Shown: positions 45,211 through 53,985 of the stretch, piece by piece
How positions within the stretch are numbered: position 1 is the first letter of the stretch
Layout: the number at the start of each line of letters is the position of its first letter
Assembly (NCBI GenBank): GCA_965603595.1
Contig: CBFDDP010000004.1
Coordinates: forward strand, 1 to 57,405
Direction: 5' to 3'
DNA length: 57,405 nt
Source: an uncultured bacterium
GTDB taxonomy: Bacteria; Spirochaetota; B62-G9; DRHN01
Notes under the pieces: model-generated
What the model was told of the DNA's origin: nothing
What the model saw: only the letters and a program-made list of their open reading frames with translations
The model's database searches: none
Program-made: the position numbers and the translations under genes

Positions 45211-45614
45211 CAACTGCCTCCCTATGTAATGGTTTGAAACTTTTGTCCAATTTTCAAATCATCACAAATGATATAAATCTCCTAATACAAAGAAAAAGCT
45301 GGTTTTCAATTCATTACACATAAGCATAGGTTGATGCCCTTTACAATTAAATGACTGGCGGAGTGTTTAGTTATTTCATTATATGGGAATGAATTACAGT
45401 ATCGAGTAACATGGCACAGTTATTGCTCTAATAAGAGCAGGAAGCAATAGTGAGCGTAGACTTCAGTAGGAAATATTTTTTCAATCAGTGATGAGCTGGG
45501 AGGTTGCTGAGGTAGAGAGATTAATTGAGGCAGGGGCGGAAGGCTATCCAGCCGAGATCGTGCGCTACATAGATTATCATGGTTAGATATCATAGGTTCA
45601 AAAGGAGGACTGCT

Positions 45615-47501
45615 ATGAAACGAGTGCTAGGGTTACTCACAATTCTTATTTTCATGTTCCCATCAATACTGTGGGCTGCGAAGGCCCAAGAGGAGGCTGC
45701 AGCACCGGAAAGGGGGAAGTACCTTGCTGAACGGGGCACGATAGTGCCTCCTGAAGAGGTCTACATCGATTCCTATGTCGGATATATAAATTATCAGTAC
45801 CCGAAACCTGAAACCGACCTTGGAGTTACCCTCTACTCGGGACACCATCAGGTTTCGTCGAGAGGGCAGGAGGAGATCATACAGATAGGGATTCAGGGGA
45901 AAGAACTCAGCTTTGAGGAACTTCCACCGATGAACCTGGCCTTTGTTATTGATAAGAGTGGTTCCATGGCCGATCGTGACAAGATGGATTGGGTGAAAGA
46001 GTCATTTTATATCTTTATTGACAAGGTCCGGGATAAGGATTTTGTCGCTCTCGTCTATTTTGATAATAGTGCACAGACCGTATTTCCCTCCACGAGGATG
46101 GATTCGTCAGTTAATCGACAACGATTCAGGGATAAGGTGTATCGGGTGAGGCCAGGAGGAGGTACGAATCTCCTCGACGGCGTGAAGCTTGGATACAAGG
46201 AAGTGCTGAAGAATTACAGGTCCGAGTATATCAATAGAGTTCTTGTGTTATCCGACGGACAGGCCACCACCTCGACGCACGGGCTCATGGAAATGGCTGA
46301 GACTTACAGGGACATGGGCATCACTATTTCAACCATAGGTCTTGGTGAAGATTTTGATTTGGCATTGATGCGCAATTTAGCTCATGCTGGAGGAGGAAGT
46401 TCCCGCTTTATCTCCGGCAGGGAGGAGATGGAAAAAACCTTTGGAAGTGAACTCGATCGAATGGTCGTTCCGATTGCCTATGACCTGCAGATGAAGCTGG
46501 AGTTTTTACAGGATGTGGAAATACTCGATACCTGGGGATATGATAACCAAATTGTTGGTACCAGAGTCAACTATTACCTTCCCACTCTCCATCACCGGGA
46601 TTATGAAACCATACTGGTGCAACTCCGCATACCTCCACTGGATTTGGATGGAAAAGTTGATCTTGCACGCTTCTCATTGAAATACAGGGACCTGAGAGGA
46701 AACCTTCGTTATAAAGGCCCTTTCTATCTGGGAGTTACCTTTGTCAACATCGATTATCCGGTAACAGGTTTCTCAGATGCCATGGTACTTCGTTCAGGAA
46801 CAATGCTGCATTTTGCACAAGCCTTGCAAAAGATAGGGGAAAACTCCTACAGGAGTTATGGGGGGGAGGTTCAGTACGCCCTGAATCTCACGGTTGAAAC
46901 CCGTAAGGAACTCTTGAATGCAAAAGAGAGGCTTGATTATATTGGGTTTGATGACGAGATAATGATGCTTGATAATTATCTGAGAGTATTCAGCGGGGAA
47001 TTGGCAAAGACAGAAAGGGAGACAACGAGGATTGTTGAGGATGTAGAGATAATACCGCCTGTTCGGGAGCGCTCATTGCATGAGCATATGGAAAACCTCT
47101 ATCGTGAAATGACACTCGACCTTACAGCCAGGGGAGAAGGTACGATAGCTGTTTCAGGTTTTACCATGAAAGAAGGTAAATCGTCGGAATTAACAGCCCT
47201 TCTCGATGAGATGGCAATGGTTGAGATCACGAAGATCCCAACACTCACCGTGATAGAGCGGGACAAGATGGATATGATTCTGGAGGAACAGGCGCTATCC
47301 CTGTCTGACCTGATGGATACCAGCAAGGCTATTGATGTGGGGAGGTTGCTCACCGCAGATCATATGTTAACGGGCACTGTGATCGAAATGCCCAATTCCG
47401 TGGTAATATTCGGGAGAATCATCAATGTTGAGACATCTGAGATTGAATCGGCAGCCCAGGTCATTGTTCCCAAGAACAGGGAAGTGGAAGCACTGCTCTG
47501 A
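45615..47501 (+). CDS. Secreted von Willebrand factor A protein (YfbK-like) with a C-terminal CsgG/LpoB/FlgO-like domain
   Basis: Signal peptide MKRVLGLLTILIFMFPSILWA. MIDAS motif VIDKSGSM...GGTNL...LSDGQ. C-terminal IAVSGF...VIERDKMDMILEEQALSLSDLMD...LLTADHMLTGTV...IINVETSEI. AAAGGAGGA RBS. Confidence 0.75.
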   Translation: MKRVLGLLTILIFMFPSILWAAKAQEEAAAPERGKYLAERGTIVPPEEVYIDSYVGYINYQYPKPETDLGVTLYSGHHQVSSRGQEEIIQIGIQGKELSFEELPPMNLAFVIDKSGSMADRDKMDWVKESFYIFIDKVRDKDFVALVYFDNSAQTVFPSTRMDSSVNRQRFRDKVYRVRPGGGTNLLDGVKLGYKEVLKNYRSEYINRVLVLSDGQATTSTHGLMEMAETYRDMGITISTIGLGEDFDLALMRNLAHAGGGSSRFISGREEMEKTFGSELDRMVVPIAYDLQMKLEFLQDVEILDTWGYDNQIVGTRVNYYLPTLHHRDYETILVQLRIPPLDLDGKVDLARFSLKYRDLRGNLRYKGPFYLGVTFVNIDYPVTGFSDAMVLRSGTMLHFAQALQKIGENSYRSYGGEVQYALNLTVETRKELLNAKERLDYIGFDDEIMMLDNYLRVFSGELAKTERETTRIVEDVEIIPPVRERSLHEHMENLYREMTLDLTARGEGTIAVSGFTMKEGKSSELTALLDEMAMVEITKIPTLTVIERDKMDMILEEQALSLSDLMDTSKAIDVGRLLTADHMLTGTVIEMPNSVVIFGRIINVETSEIESAAQVIVPKNREVEALL

Positions 47502-47514
47502 TAGGATTCTGTTC

Positions 47515-48579
47515 ATGGTGGCAGCCTTTGCCTTCATTACAGGGTGTACAACAATGGATACTACTGTCCGGAGACAGAAAGACGAACCGCCTCTTGAAGA
47601 GGTGAAGACATTGGAACTTGCTCAATCCGACAGAGAGGTGCTGCTCACCAAAGCACAGCACTATCAGAACAACAGGGATTATGCCAATGCGCTGGTCAAT
47701 ATCGTACGTGCGGAGCGAGCTGAAGGGGATGAAGCGCTTGACGGCGAAATCAGTCAGTTCAAGAATAATCTCATCGAAAATTTGAACTCGAGAGCACTTG
47801 ATGAAACAGCGGCTGTTGAGGTCGGTAAGGGTCTGGATATTCCCCTGAAATATATGGTTTTCTATACGGACGGAGAGCTTATCTATCCTGCCTTCAATAT
47901 TCCAGTTACCTTCGAGGTACGCAAAGGTACAGCGCAGATAACCGGTACGAGTTTCACCAACACCAATGGTATTGCTGAGTGTGAGGTTATCAAGGTTGAC
48001 AGGTTGGATGGGGGTGAGGTTGTCATAACTGCGAGTGTATACCTTGACATAGAGGGAGAGACCTTCAATATTACAAAACTACAGAGGGATTTCATTCTGT
48101 ACCATCAAAGCATAAAAGAGCAGACCATTTCATTTGTGTTTTTTGAGTGTAACATTGATCGGATTGCGTTGAACTCAGCTTCGGGAACGCATATAGAACA
48201 ATTTTTCATCCAGAAAGGGTTTTCAGTGCTGCGTGGAATAAATGAAACCAATGAAGAGTTATTCATGGGTGCAACAGGCGGTGATGCATCATCCCTGCAC
48301 ATATACAAGGACAGATTGGATTCGCAACTCATTGCATTCACCCATATAGAGTCCGCTCCCTCAAGTAAAATGTCGGAGGGGTTCTTCTTTGCGAAATCAA
48401 GCATCACATTGACTGTCGTCGATATCTTAACGGATGAAGTGGTCTTTAATTTCGTAATCGAGGATGTCAAGGGAGCAGGAAATACGGAAGAGAAAGCAGG
48501 CATGAAAGCAATTATCGAGGCAACGGATAGATTCATTGAAAAATTAGAGGACGAAATCTCGTCTCTCGATATGCAGTAG
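47515..48579 (+). CDS. Hypothetical lipoprotein with an Ig-like (Big-type) middle domain and an LPP20/LpoB-like C-terminal domain
   Basis: MVAAFAFITGC lipobox. VTFEVRKGTAQITGTSFTNTNGIAECEV (Big-like). C-terminal VIEDVKGAGNTEEKAGMKAIIEATDRFIEKL. The exact start is uncertain. Confidence 0.6.
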   Translation: MVAAFAFITGCTTMDTTVRRQKDEPPLEEVKTLELAQSDREVLLTKAQHYQNNRDYANALVNIVRAERAEGDEALDGEISQFKNNLIENLNSRALDETAAVEVGKGLDIPLKYMVFYTDGELIYPAFNIPVTFEVRKGTAQITGTSFTNTNGIAECEVIKVDRLDGGEVVITASVYLDIEGETFNITKLQRDFILYHQSIKEQTISFVFFECNIDRIALNSASGTHIEQFFIQKGFSVLRGINETNEELFMGATGGDASSLHIYKDRLDSQLIAFTHIESAPSSKMSEGFFFAKSSITLTVVDILTDEVVFNFVIEDVKGAGNTEEKAGMKAIIEATDRFIEKLEDEISSLDMQ

Positions 48580-48787
48580 CTGGTATTGCATATCGGTTAT
48601 TTAACAGTCTCTCCAATCCAGCTATGAGTATAAATCCTGATATTGTGATAGCAGCAATGGGAAGCAGTAAAATTCCTCCAGAATACAGGCTGAATGAAAT
48701 ATTCCTGTATATTAATTGGGTAAGCTGATTTACTTGACGCGGCGCGAATGACGGGTATAGGATACAGAGGAACAAGGAGGAAGAACC

Positions 48788-49936
48788 ATGAGACGAGGAC
48801 TCATTTTTATAACCCTGGGCGTATCGCTTTTAATCTCCTTTTCGACTGCTTCAGCCTTCGATGCACGCACGGGAGATAACCTGGTCGTTTCAAGCGGTGA
48901 TGTTGTGTATGAAGACCTGTTTATCGCTGGAGACACAGTCACCATTGACGGCAGTGTTGAGGGCGACCTGTATGCAGCGGCCCGTACGGTGATTATCAGG
49001 GGTTCGGTTCGTGACAGCGCAACGATATGTGCGTCCACCATCACCGTTACAGGCTCGATCGGTCACGGGATACATGCCGCAGCCGAGGAACTGACTATCG
49101 ATGGCATGGTGCATGGCGACGTGGTCGTTGCAGGCAGGACGGTATCATTGGGCGGGGATACAGCAATCCGGGGCGATGTGATCGCTGTAGGGCAGAAAAT
49201 CATTGTTTCCTCACCTATAGAGGGCTACATACTCGGTGCAGGAAAAACCATAAGTATCAACGATAGGGTGCGGGACGACGCGACCTTTGCGGTACATACC
49301 TTGACGCTGCAGGAAAATGCCCGGCTGGGCGGGAATCTGATATATATCAGTGAAAGGGAGGCCGTTATCTTTCCCGGGGCGAAGGTCTCCGGGAAGGTCA
49401 CGCACCACATACCGGAGCTGCGGGAAAAACTGAGGGGAATCCTTCCCTTTGTTCTCATTGCAGGCGTGCTGGGCAAGATCTTATCCTTTGTCATGATGGC
49501 TGTGGCCGGCCTGGCATTTGTGCTCATCACACCGAAGTGGCTTTTCAGATTAAGTGAGTCGATCAAGCGACATCCCGGCCCCTGTGCAGGCTGGGGAGCC
49601 CTCATCCTCTTCGTAGCACCGTTGGGAATCGGTACGGCGTTCATGACCCTTGTCGGCATAACCCTTGCCGTCATTGCTTCCATGGCCTATATTGCAGCCC
49701 TCTACCTCAGCCAGATCATTACAGCCCTTCTCATCGGGAGGCTTGTGCTCGGTATGAAGGAGGAGACAGATAAACCAGGTTGCCTGTATGGTTCCTTCGT
49801 GCTGGGACTCTTCCTGATCAGGCTCGTGCGATTTATCCCGGGTGTCGGCATATTTGTGTGGGCCGTTGTGGTTTTATTCGGTCTCGGTGCATTCGTTGTC
49901 ACTCAGATGAAGGTGAAGTCCCCGGGTGCGGCGTAA
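48788..49936 (+). CDS. Exported bactofilin-like (polymer-forming, beta-helical repeat) domain fused to a polytopic membrane domain
   Basis: Signal peptide ...STASA/FD. Repeats of the pattern G.V.GD......V.I.G.V over about 170 aa, then 4-5 TM helices. AAGGAGGAAG RBS. Confidence 0.65.
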   Translation: MRRGLIFITLGVSLLISFSTASAFDARTGDNLVVSSGDVVYEDLFIAGDTVTIDGSVEGDLYAAARTVIIRGSVRDSATICASTITVTGSIGHGIHAAAEELTIDGMVHGDVVVAGRTVSLGGDTAIRGDVIAVGQKIIVSSPIEGYILGAGKTISINDRVRDDATFAVHTLTLQENARLGGNLIYISEREAVIFPGAKVSGKVTHHIPELREKLRGILPFVLIAGVLGKILSFVMMAVAGLAFVLITPKWLFRLSESIKRHPGPCAGWGALILFVAPLGIGTAFMTLVGITLAVIASMAYIAALYLSQIITALLIGRLVLGMKEETDKPGCLYGSFVLGLFLIRLVRFIPGVGIFVWAVVVLFGLGAFVVTQMKVKSPGAA

Positions 49937-49984
49937 CCCACGGGTGAATCATGTAATAATAATCGATGTGGAGCGTGTAATTTC

Positions 49985-50665
49985 ATGGATATACTTGATG
50001 ACATAGCTGTCACCCTCGATGCGGAAGCTATGATGGAACGCCTCCACATGGGCGGAAAGAGTCCCTCATTTAAAGCACTTTTTGATGAGCTCATTGTGGA
50101 AGTGCTTCCGGTCGCGAAGCCGAAGGTGCTTTTCAAGGTCTCCTACCTTGACGGGAGAACCGAAGACAATGTGACGATCGAGGGTGTAGAGTTTCACAGC
50201 AGGATACTGCGAAAAAACCTCGAAAAGGCGGAGCGTGTGTTTCCCTATATCGTAACTGCAGGTCGTGAGCTCGAAACTATACCGGTGGAAAAGGGTGATG
50301 TCATGCGGGAGTACTGCCTCGATGCGATCAAGGAGTGCATCCTCGAGGAGGCGCTCCTGCATCTCGAAGCGCACCTGCAGGCCCGGTTCCAGCCGGGGAC
50401 CATGGCGCACATGAACCCCGGTTCTCTGAAGGACTGGCCCGTCTCGCAGCAGCCTGTACTTTTCTCACTGTTTGGAGATGTTGAGGGACTAATCGGTGTG
50501 AAACTGACTGAGAGCAATCTCATGAACCCGATAAAATCGGTTTCAGGAATACACTTTCCCACTGAGGTTGATTTCAAGAGCTGTAAACTCTGCATACGTC
50601 ATCCATGCGTCAAACGCAGGGCAGCATATGATCCGGATATGGTACTGCACTATAAAGGGGGATAA
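49985..50665 (+). CDS. Stand-alone vitamin-B12-dependent methionine synthase activation (AdoMet-binding reactivation) domain protein
   Basis: MNPGSLKDWPVSQQPVLFSLF...GVKLTESNLMNPIKSVSGIHFPTE matches the remembered E. coli MetH C-terminal block [24 protein letters not shown]. Confidence 0.7.
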   Translation: MDILDDIAVTLDAEAMMERLHMGGKSPSFKALFDELIVEVLPVAKPKVLFKVSYLDGRTEDNVTIEGVEFHSRILRKNLEKAERVFPYIVTAGRELETIPVEKGDVMREYCLDAIKECILEEALLHLEAHLQARFQPGTMAHMNPGSLKDWPVSQQPVLFSLFGDVEGLIGVKLTESNLMNPIKSVSGIHFPTEVDFKSCKLCIRHPCVKRRAAYDPDMVLHYKGG

Positions 50666-50714
50666 AAAATCCTCTGAATAAAAGATAAAAAAGATATAGA
50701 GGATATCACTTCGT

Positions 50715-50733
50715 TAGCGCTTCGCGAGCGCTA
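50715..50733. other. Inverted repeat between convergent genes
   Basis: TAGCGCT-tcgcg-AGCGCTA. There is no U-tract, so terminator function is uncertain. Confidence 0.3.
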
Positions 50734-50758
50734 CGCTAGGTCGGGCTGATCGGGACGG

Positions 50759-51073
50759 TCAACCCCATTTCTCCAACTCTGCTTCCGCAGCATCAATCTT
50801 TTTCTCGATCTCCTCGATTTCCTGCAGCAGTGACTTGATATCAGCCGTGCCCTTGGAGATCGTTGCCTGACCCTTGGTGACGAGAATGTCATATACAGTG
50901 GAGCCGAGTTTTGCAAGTTTCTTTTCCGCCTGGCGTTCCTGATGCCGTACCTCCATCTTCAGGGAGGTCTTCTCCTTCAGTTCCTTGGTCTTTTCTTTGG
51001 CCTTCTCGAACACCTCCTTGGAGGTAACCTTGCCCTTGCCGATCAGTTTGTCCATTCTCTCTTTAAAGGTCAT
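50759..51073 (-). CDS. Small Lys/Glu-rich coiled-coil protein
   Basis: Start at MTFKERMDKL with GGAAGGAGGA 5 nt upstream. Heptad-like charged sequence throughout. Confidence 0.55.
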   Translation of the reverse strand: MTFKERMDKLIGKGKVTSKEVFEKAKEKTKELKEKTSLKMEVRHQERQAEKKLAKLGSTVYDILVTKGQATISKGTADIKSLLQEIEEIEKKIDAAEAELEKWG

Positions 51074-51220
51074 GAATGTCCTCCTTCCGCTCAATCGTTG
51101 TGTTTTATTTCTCTACCATAAATCCGATGATAAGAAATGTCAAAGCAAAGAGTAACTTTAAAGAGAGGGAGTGGGAAAATCCCATGAAATTCGACCTGAA
51201 AATGAGCTATAGTAATAGGT

Positions 51221-52165
51221 ATGAGTCTTACTGAGGGACAGGTCCTGGGAGGACTCTTTGGTGTCTGTATCGGCGATGCACTTGGTGTACCTGTTGAAGG
51301 ACTCTCACGATCACAGTTAAAGAAAAATCCGGTGCAAGGTTATGGGTATGGGCACGCTTTTCGAGCGGTTCCGCCGGGGTGGTGGTCTGATGATAGCTCG
51401 CTCACCCTTTGTCTTGCCGAGAGCCTCACTTCGGGAAGCCTTGACCCCTCGGATATCGGGAGTAAATTCTGCAGATGGCTTTACGAAGGCTACTGGACAC
51501 CGGGTGGGAGGGCATTTGGTATCGGATTTACCACTGCACAGGCAATTGAGAGGATCGGGGAGGGAGTCCCGCCCCCTCTTGCGGGTGGAAGGGATGAGTA
51601 CAGCAACGGGAACGGTTCACTCATGCGCATTCTCCCCCTGGCATTTTACCTGTTCGGCAGGGAGGAACCGGGCTGTTTGGAGGCTGTCCATCAGGTGTCA
51701 TCGATCACCCATGCCCATACCAGGAGCTGTATTGCCTGCTTTATTCATGTACAGTATGCGCTCAACCTTCTCCGGGGAGATTCTCCCCAGGAAAGCTATG
51801 CGAGGATGAGACAATCGGTGTCGGACTGCTACAGGGAAGGCCCGTTCCTTGACGAGCTTCCTCACTTCGAAAGGGTTTTTGGGGGGGATATATCCCGTCT
51901 GAGGGAGAGTGAAATCCGTTCCAGCGGATATGTAGTGGATACGCTCGAAGCATCGCTCTGGTGTTTTCTCAAGGAAAAGACCTTTGCAGAGACAGTGCTT
52001 CATGCAGTCAATCTGGGCGGAGATACCGATACTACTGGTGCAGTTGCCGGAGGTATCGCAGGCCTCTATTACGGTTTTGATGCAATTCCCGGGGAATGGA
52101 CCGAACGCGTCGCTCGACGCGACGATATCGTTTCTGTGGGGAAAAAACTACTGGCTGTGTATTGA
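51221..52165 (+). CDS. ADP-ribosylglycohydrolase-family protein
   Basis: GVCIGDALGVPVEG near the N-terminus and NLGGDTDTTGAVAGGIAG near the C-terminus. Confidence 0.8.
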   Translation: MSLTEGQVLGGLFGVCIGDALGVPVEGLSRSQLKKNPVQGYGYGHAFRAVPPGWWSDDSSLTLCLAESLTSGSLDPSDIGSKFCRWLYEGYWTPGGRAFGIGFTTAQAIERIGEGVPPPLAGGRDEYSNGNGSLMRILPLAFYLFGREEPGCLEAVHQVSSITHAHTRSCIACFIHVQYALNLLRGDSPQESYARMRQSVSDCYREGPFLDELPHFERVFGGDISRLRESEIRSSGYVVDTLEASLWCFLKEKTFAETVLHAVNLGGDTDTTGAVAGGIAGLYYGFDAIPGEWTERVARRDDIVSVGKKLLAVY

Positions 52166-52189
52166 GCTGAAGGAGCCTTCATAAGGAGT

Positions 52190-53653
52190 ATGCAGGTGAA
52201 AAAATCGATGTATACCATGATTATACTTGCCCTGTTTATAACTGTATTTCCTGCAGTGCTTTCTACAGGGGACAGCATCAGGGAAAATGTGGTAAAGATC
52301 TATGTGGCCACCAGGGAATACGACTATTTCAATCCATGGCAGGTGCAGGGAAGGTACAATGTTGAGGGGTCAGGTGCCATTATCAATGACCAGTATATAC
52401 TGACGAATGCGCATCTGGTGAGTAACAGCACATTCATACAGGTGAAGCGCACGGGGCAGACAAAGAAGTATATCGCCAAGGTGCTCTTCATCGCCCATGA
52501 CAGCGATCTTGCTATTTTGAAGGTAAGCAACAGTAACTTCTATCCCGACTCGAAGCCCTTCGACATTGGCGAGTTAGCAAGTGTTGGGGACGAGATCGAG
52601 GTGTACGGGTATCCGAACTGGAATGAGCAGCTTACCGTCACCAAGGGGATTGTATCACGGGTGAGTCACGAGCACTACGTTCACTCCAACGTGAGCCTGC
52701 TCACCTGTCAGATCGACGCTGCAATCAATCCCGGAAACAGCGGTGGCCCGGTCATCGCTGATAACAAGCTGATCGGTGTTGCCATGCAGATGGGGCAGGG
52801 TGAGAATGAGGGTTATATTGTTCCTGTACCCATTCTCTCCCATTTTCTGAAAGACATCTCCGACGGGAATTACGACGGTATACCCGAACTGGGAATATCC
52901 TATCAGACTATGGATAATCATGATATGCGCAGCTTCTACGGAATGAATGAGGAGCAGACCGGTATTCTCGTTCGTAAGGTCCATCCCGGCTCCCCCGCCC
53001 GGGGCCCGTTGAAGGAGGGCGATATTATTCTCTCAATCGATGGCATACAGGTGGCAAGTGACGGGACAATCCCCTTTCGGGACGAGGAGAGAACGCAGTT
53101 CAACTATATCGTGCAGCAGCGGCAGATCGGAGAGCGTATTACAATTGAGGTTCTCAGGGAAAAGGCAATCTATCAGAAGAGTATATCACTCACCAGGCAT
53201 GCCGGCGGAAGAGATGAGAGACCCGACCATGAGCCAACATATTATATCTTTGCAGGGTTTATCTTCATGCCTCTGACGGAAAACCTCCTCTACAATCTAG
53301 GGGGATGGTACGATGCGCCGCTCAATCTCTCATATGCATACTATTACGGTGAACGACGGGAGGCTGATGAGCAGATTGTCATCATCATGGATGTGCTCTC
53401 CGATGAGGTGAATGTGGGCTACGAATACCTCTACTATGAGATCATTTCCAGTGTGAATGGTAAAGAGATCACGCGCATAGAAGAAGTGGTCGCAGCGGTC
53501 AGGGAGAACAGAGAGCCCTATCATGTGATCGAAACAAACATGGGCGACAGGATCATCCTGGACAGGAGAAAGGCCCGTACAGCAAAGAGCAGGATACTGA
53601 AAACCTATGACATCAAACATGACCGATCAAAAGATCTTCGGAGCAGCAGGTAA
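52190..53653 (+). CDS. Trypsin-like S1C serine protease with PDZ domain (Deg/HtrA-related)
   Basis: Catalytic triad contexts TNAHLV, DLAILKV and GNSGGPV, a PDZ-like region (GILVRKVHPGSPA...GDIILSIDG) and a signal/anchor sequence. An alternative GTG start at 52196 fits the AAGGAG spacing better. Confidence 0.8.
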   Translation: MQVKKSMYTMIILALFITVFPAVLSTGDSIRENVVKIYVATREYDYFNPWQVQGRYNVEGSGAIINDQYILTNAHLVSNSTFIQVKRTGQTKKYIAKVLFIAHDSDLAILKVSNSNFYPDSKPFDIGELASVGDEIEVYGYPNWNEQLTVTKGIVSRVSHEHYVHSNVSLLTCQIDAAINPGNSGGPVIADNKLIGVAMQMGQGENEGYIVPVPILSHFLKDISDGNYDGIPELGISYQTMDNHDMRSFYGMNEEQTGILVRKVHPGSPARGPLKEGDIILSIDGIQVASDGTIPFRDEERTQFNYIVQQRQIGERITIEVLREKAIYQKSISLTRHAGGRDERPDHEPTYYIFAGFIFMPLTENLLYNLGGWYDAPLNLSYAYYYGERREADEQIVIIMDVLSDEVNVGYEYLYYEIISSVNGKEITRIEEVVAAVRENREPYHVIETNMGDRIILDRRKARTAKSRILKTYDIKHDRSKDLRSSR

Positions 53654-53786
53654 CTGCCGGGTTTCTGGCATCCCAATGACCTCTGCATGAGCTGTTGTCT
53701 GTACACCCGGTACCGGGTGATAGCGAAATGCCCTTCGAGGGTGGCACCAATGTGCGTACCCATCTAATGTCCCGCCTCTTTATTTC

Positions 53787-53815
53787 TTGACAGGAATTTC
53801 CATTCCGTGCAAAAT
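53787..53815 (+). promoter_or_regulatory. Candidate sigma70 promoter overlapped at the +1 region by a LacI-type operator
   Basis: TTGACA, 17-nt spacer, CAAAAT. Operator 1 begins 3 nt downstream. Confidence 0.4.
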
Positions 53816-53817
53816 AA

Positions 53818-53831
53818 TGCAAACGGTTGCA
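53818..53831. promoter_or_regulatory. LacI/GalR-type operator 1
   Basis: TGCAAACGGTTGCA is palindromic at 12 of 14 positions and fits the family consensus TGnAAnCGnTTnCA. Confidence 0.6.
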
Positions 53832-53941
53832 TGAATTTTTTGTATTCAATCTGTTTTTCATCCATATTGAGATGTTATTTACGAAAAAAGGTCATGTTTT
53901 TGTAAAAATTCGGTCATTTATGCAGATAAGTTAAAAATAAT

Positions 53942-53957
53942 TGCGAAACCGGTTGCA
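53942..53957. promoter_or_regulatory. LacI/GalR-type operator 2 (one extra central base)
   Basis: TGCGAAACCGGTTGCA has the same half-sites as operator 1 around an AACCGGTT core. It lies 30 nt upstream of the lacI-family start. Confidence 0.5.
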
Positions 53958-53985
53958 CTGAACTTCGATTATACTATCAGGTTAT

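Noticed and set aside
45108-45323. 71-aa ORF from the track (MYEKVDFALCVGCRAS...)
   Set aside because: Its ATG is only 3 nt from the AGGAG. The +1 frame starting at 45112 encodes a textbook lipoprotein signal peptide, and the remaining 40 codons run into AT-rich non-coding-looking DNA.
45491-45586. 31-codon ORF MSWEVAEVERLIEAGAEGYPAEIVRYIDYHG in the spacer upstream of the vWA gene
   Set aside because: It looks protein-like and may be a remnant. It has no RBS and no recognisable family, so it is not called.
48533-48775. 80-aa minus-strand ORF with one hydrophobic stretch
   Set aside because: It overlaps the 3' end of the lipoprotein gene and the promoter/RBS region of the bactofilin-like gene, and it has no RBS.
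53704-53719. Perfect 16-nt palindrome CACCCGGTACCGGGTG downstream of the protease gene
   Set aside because: It has no U-tract and its loop is too tight for a good intrinsic terminator. With only a single copy, its function cannot be supported.
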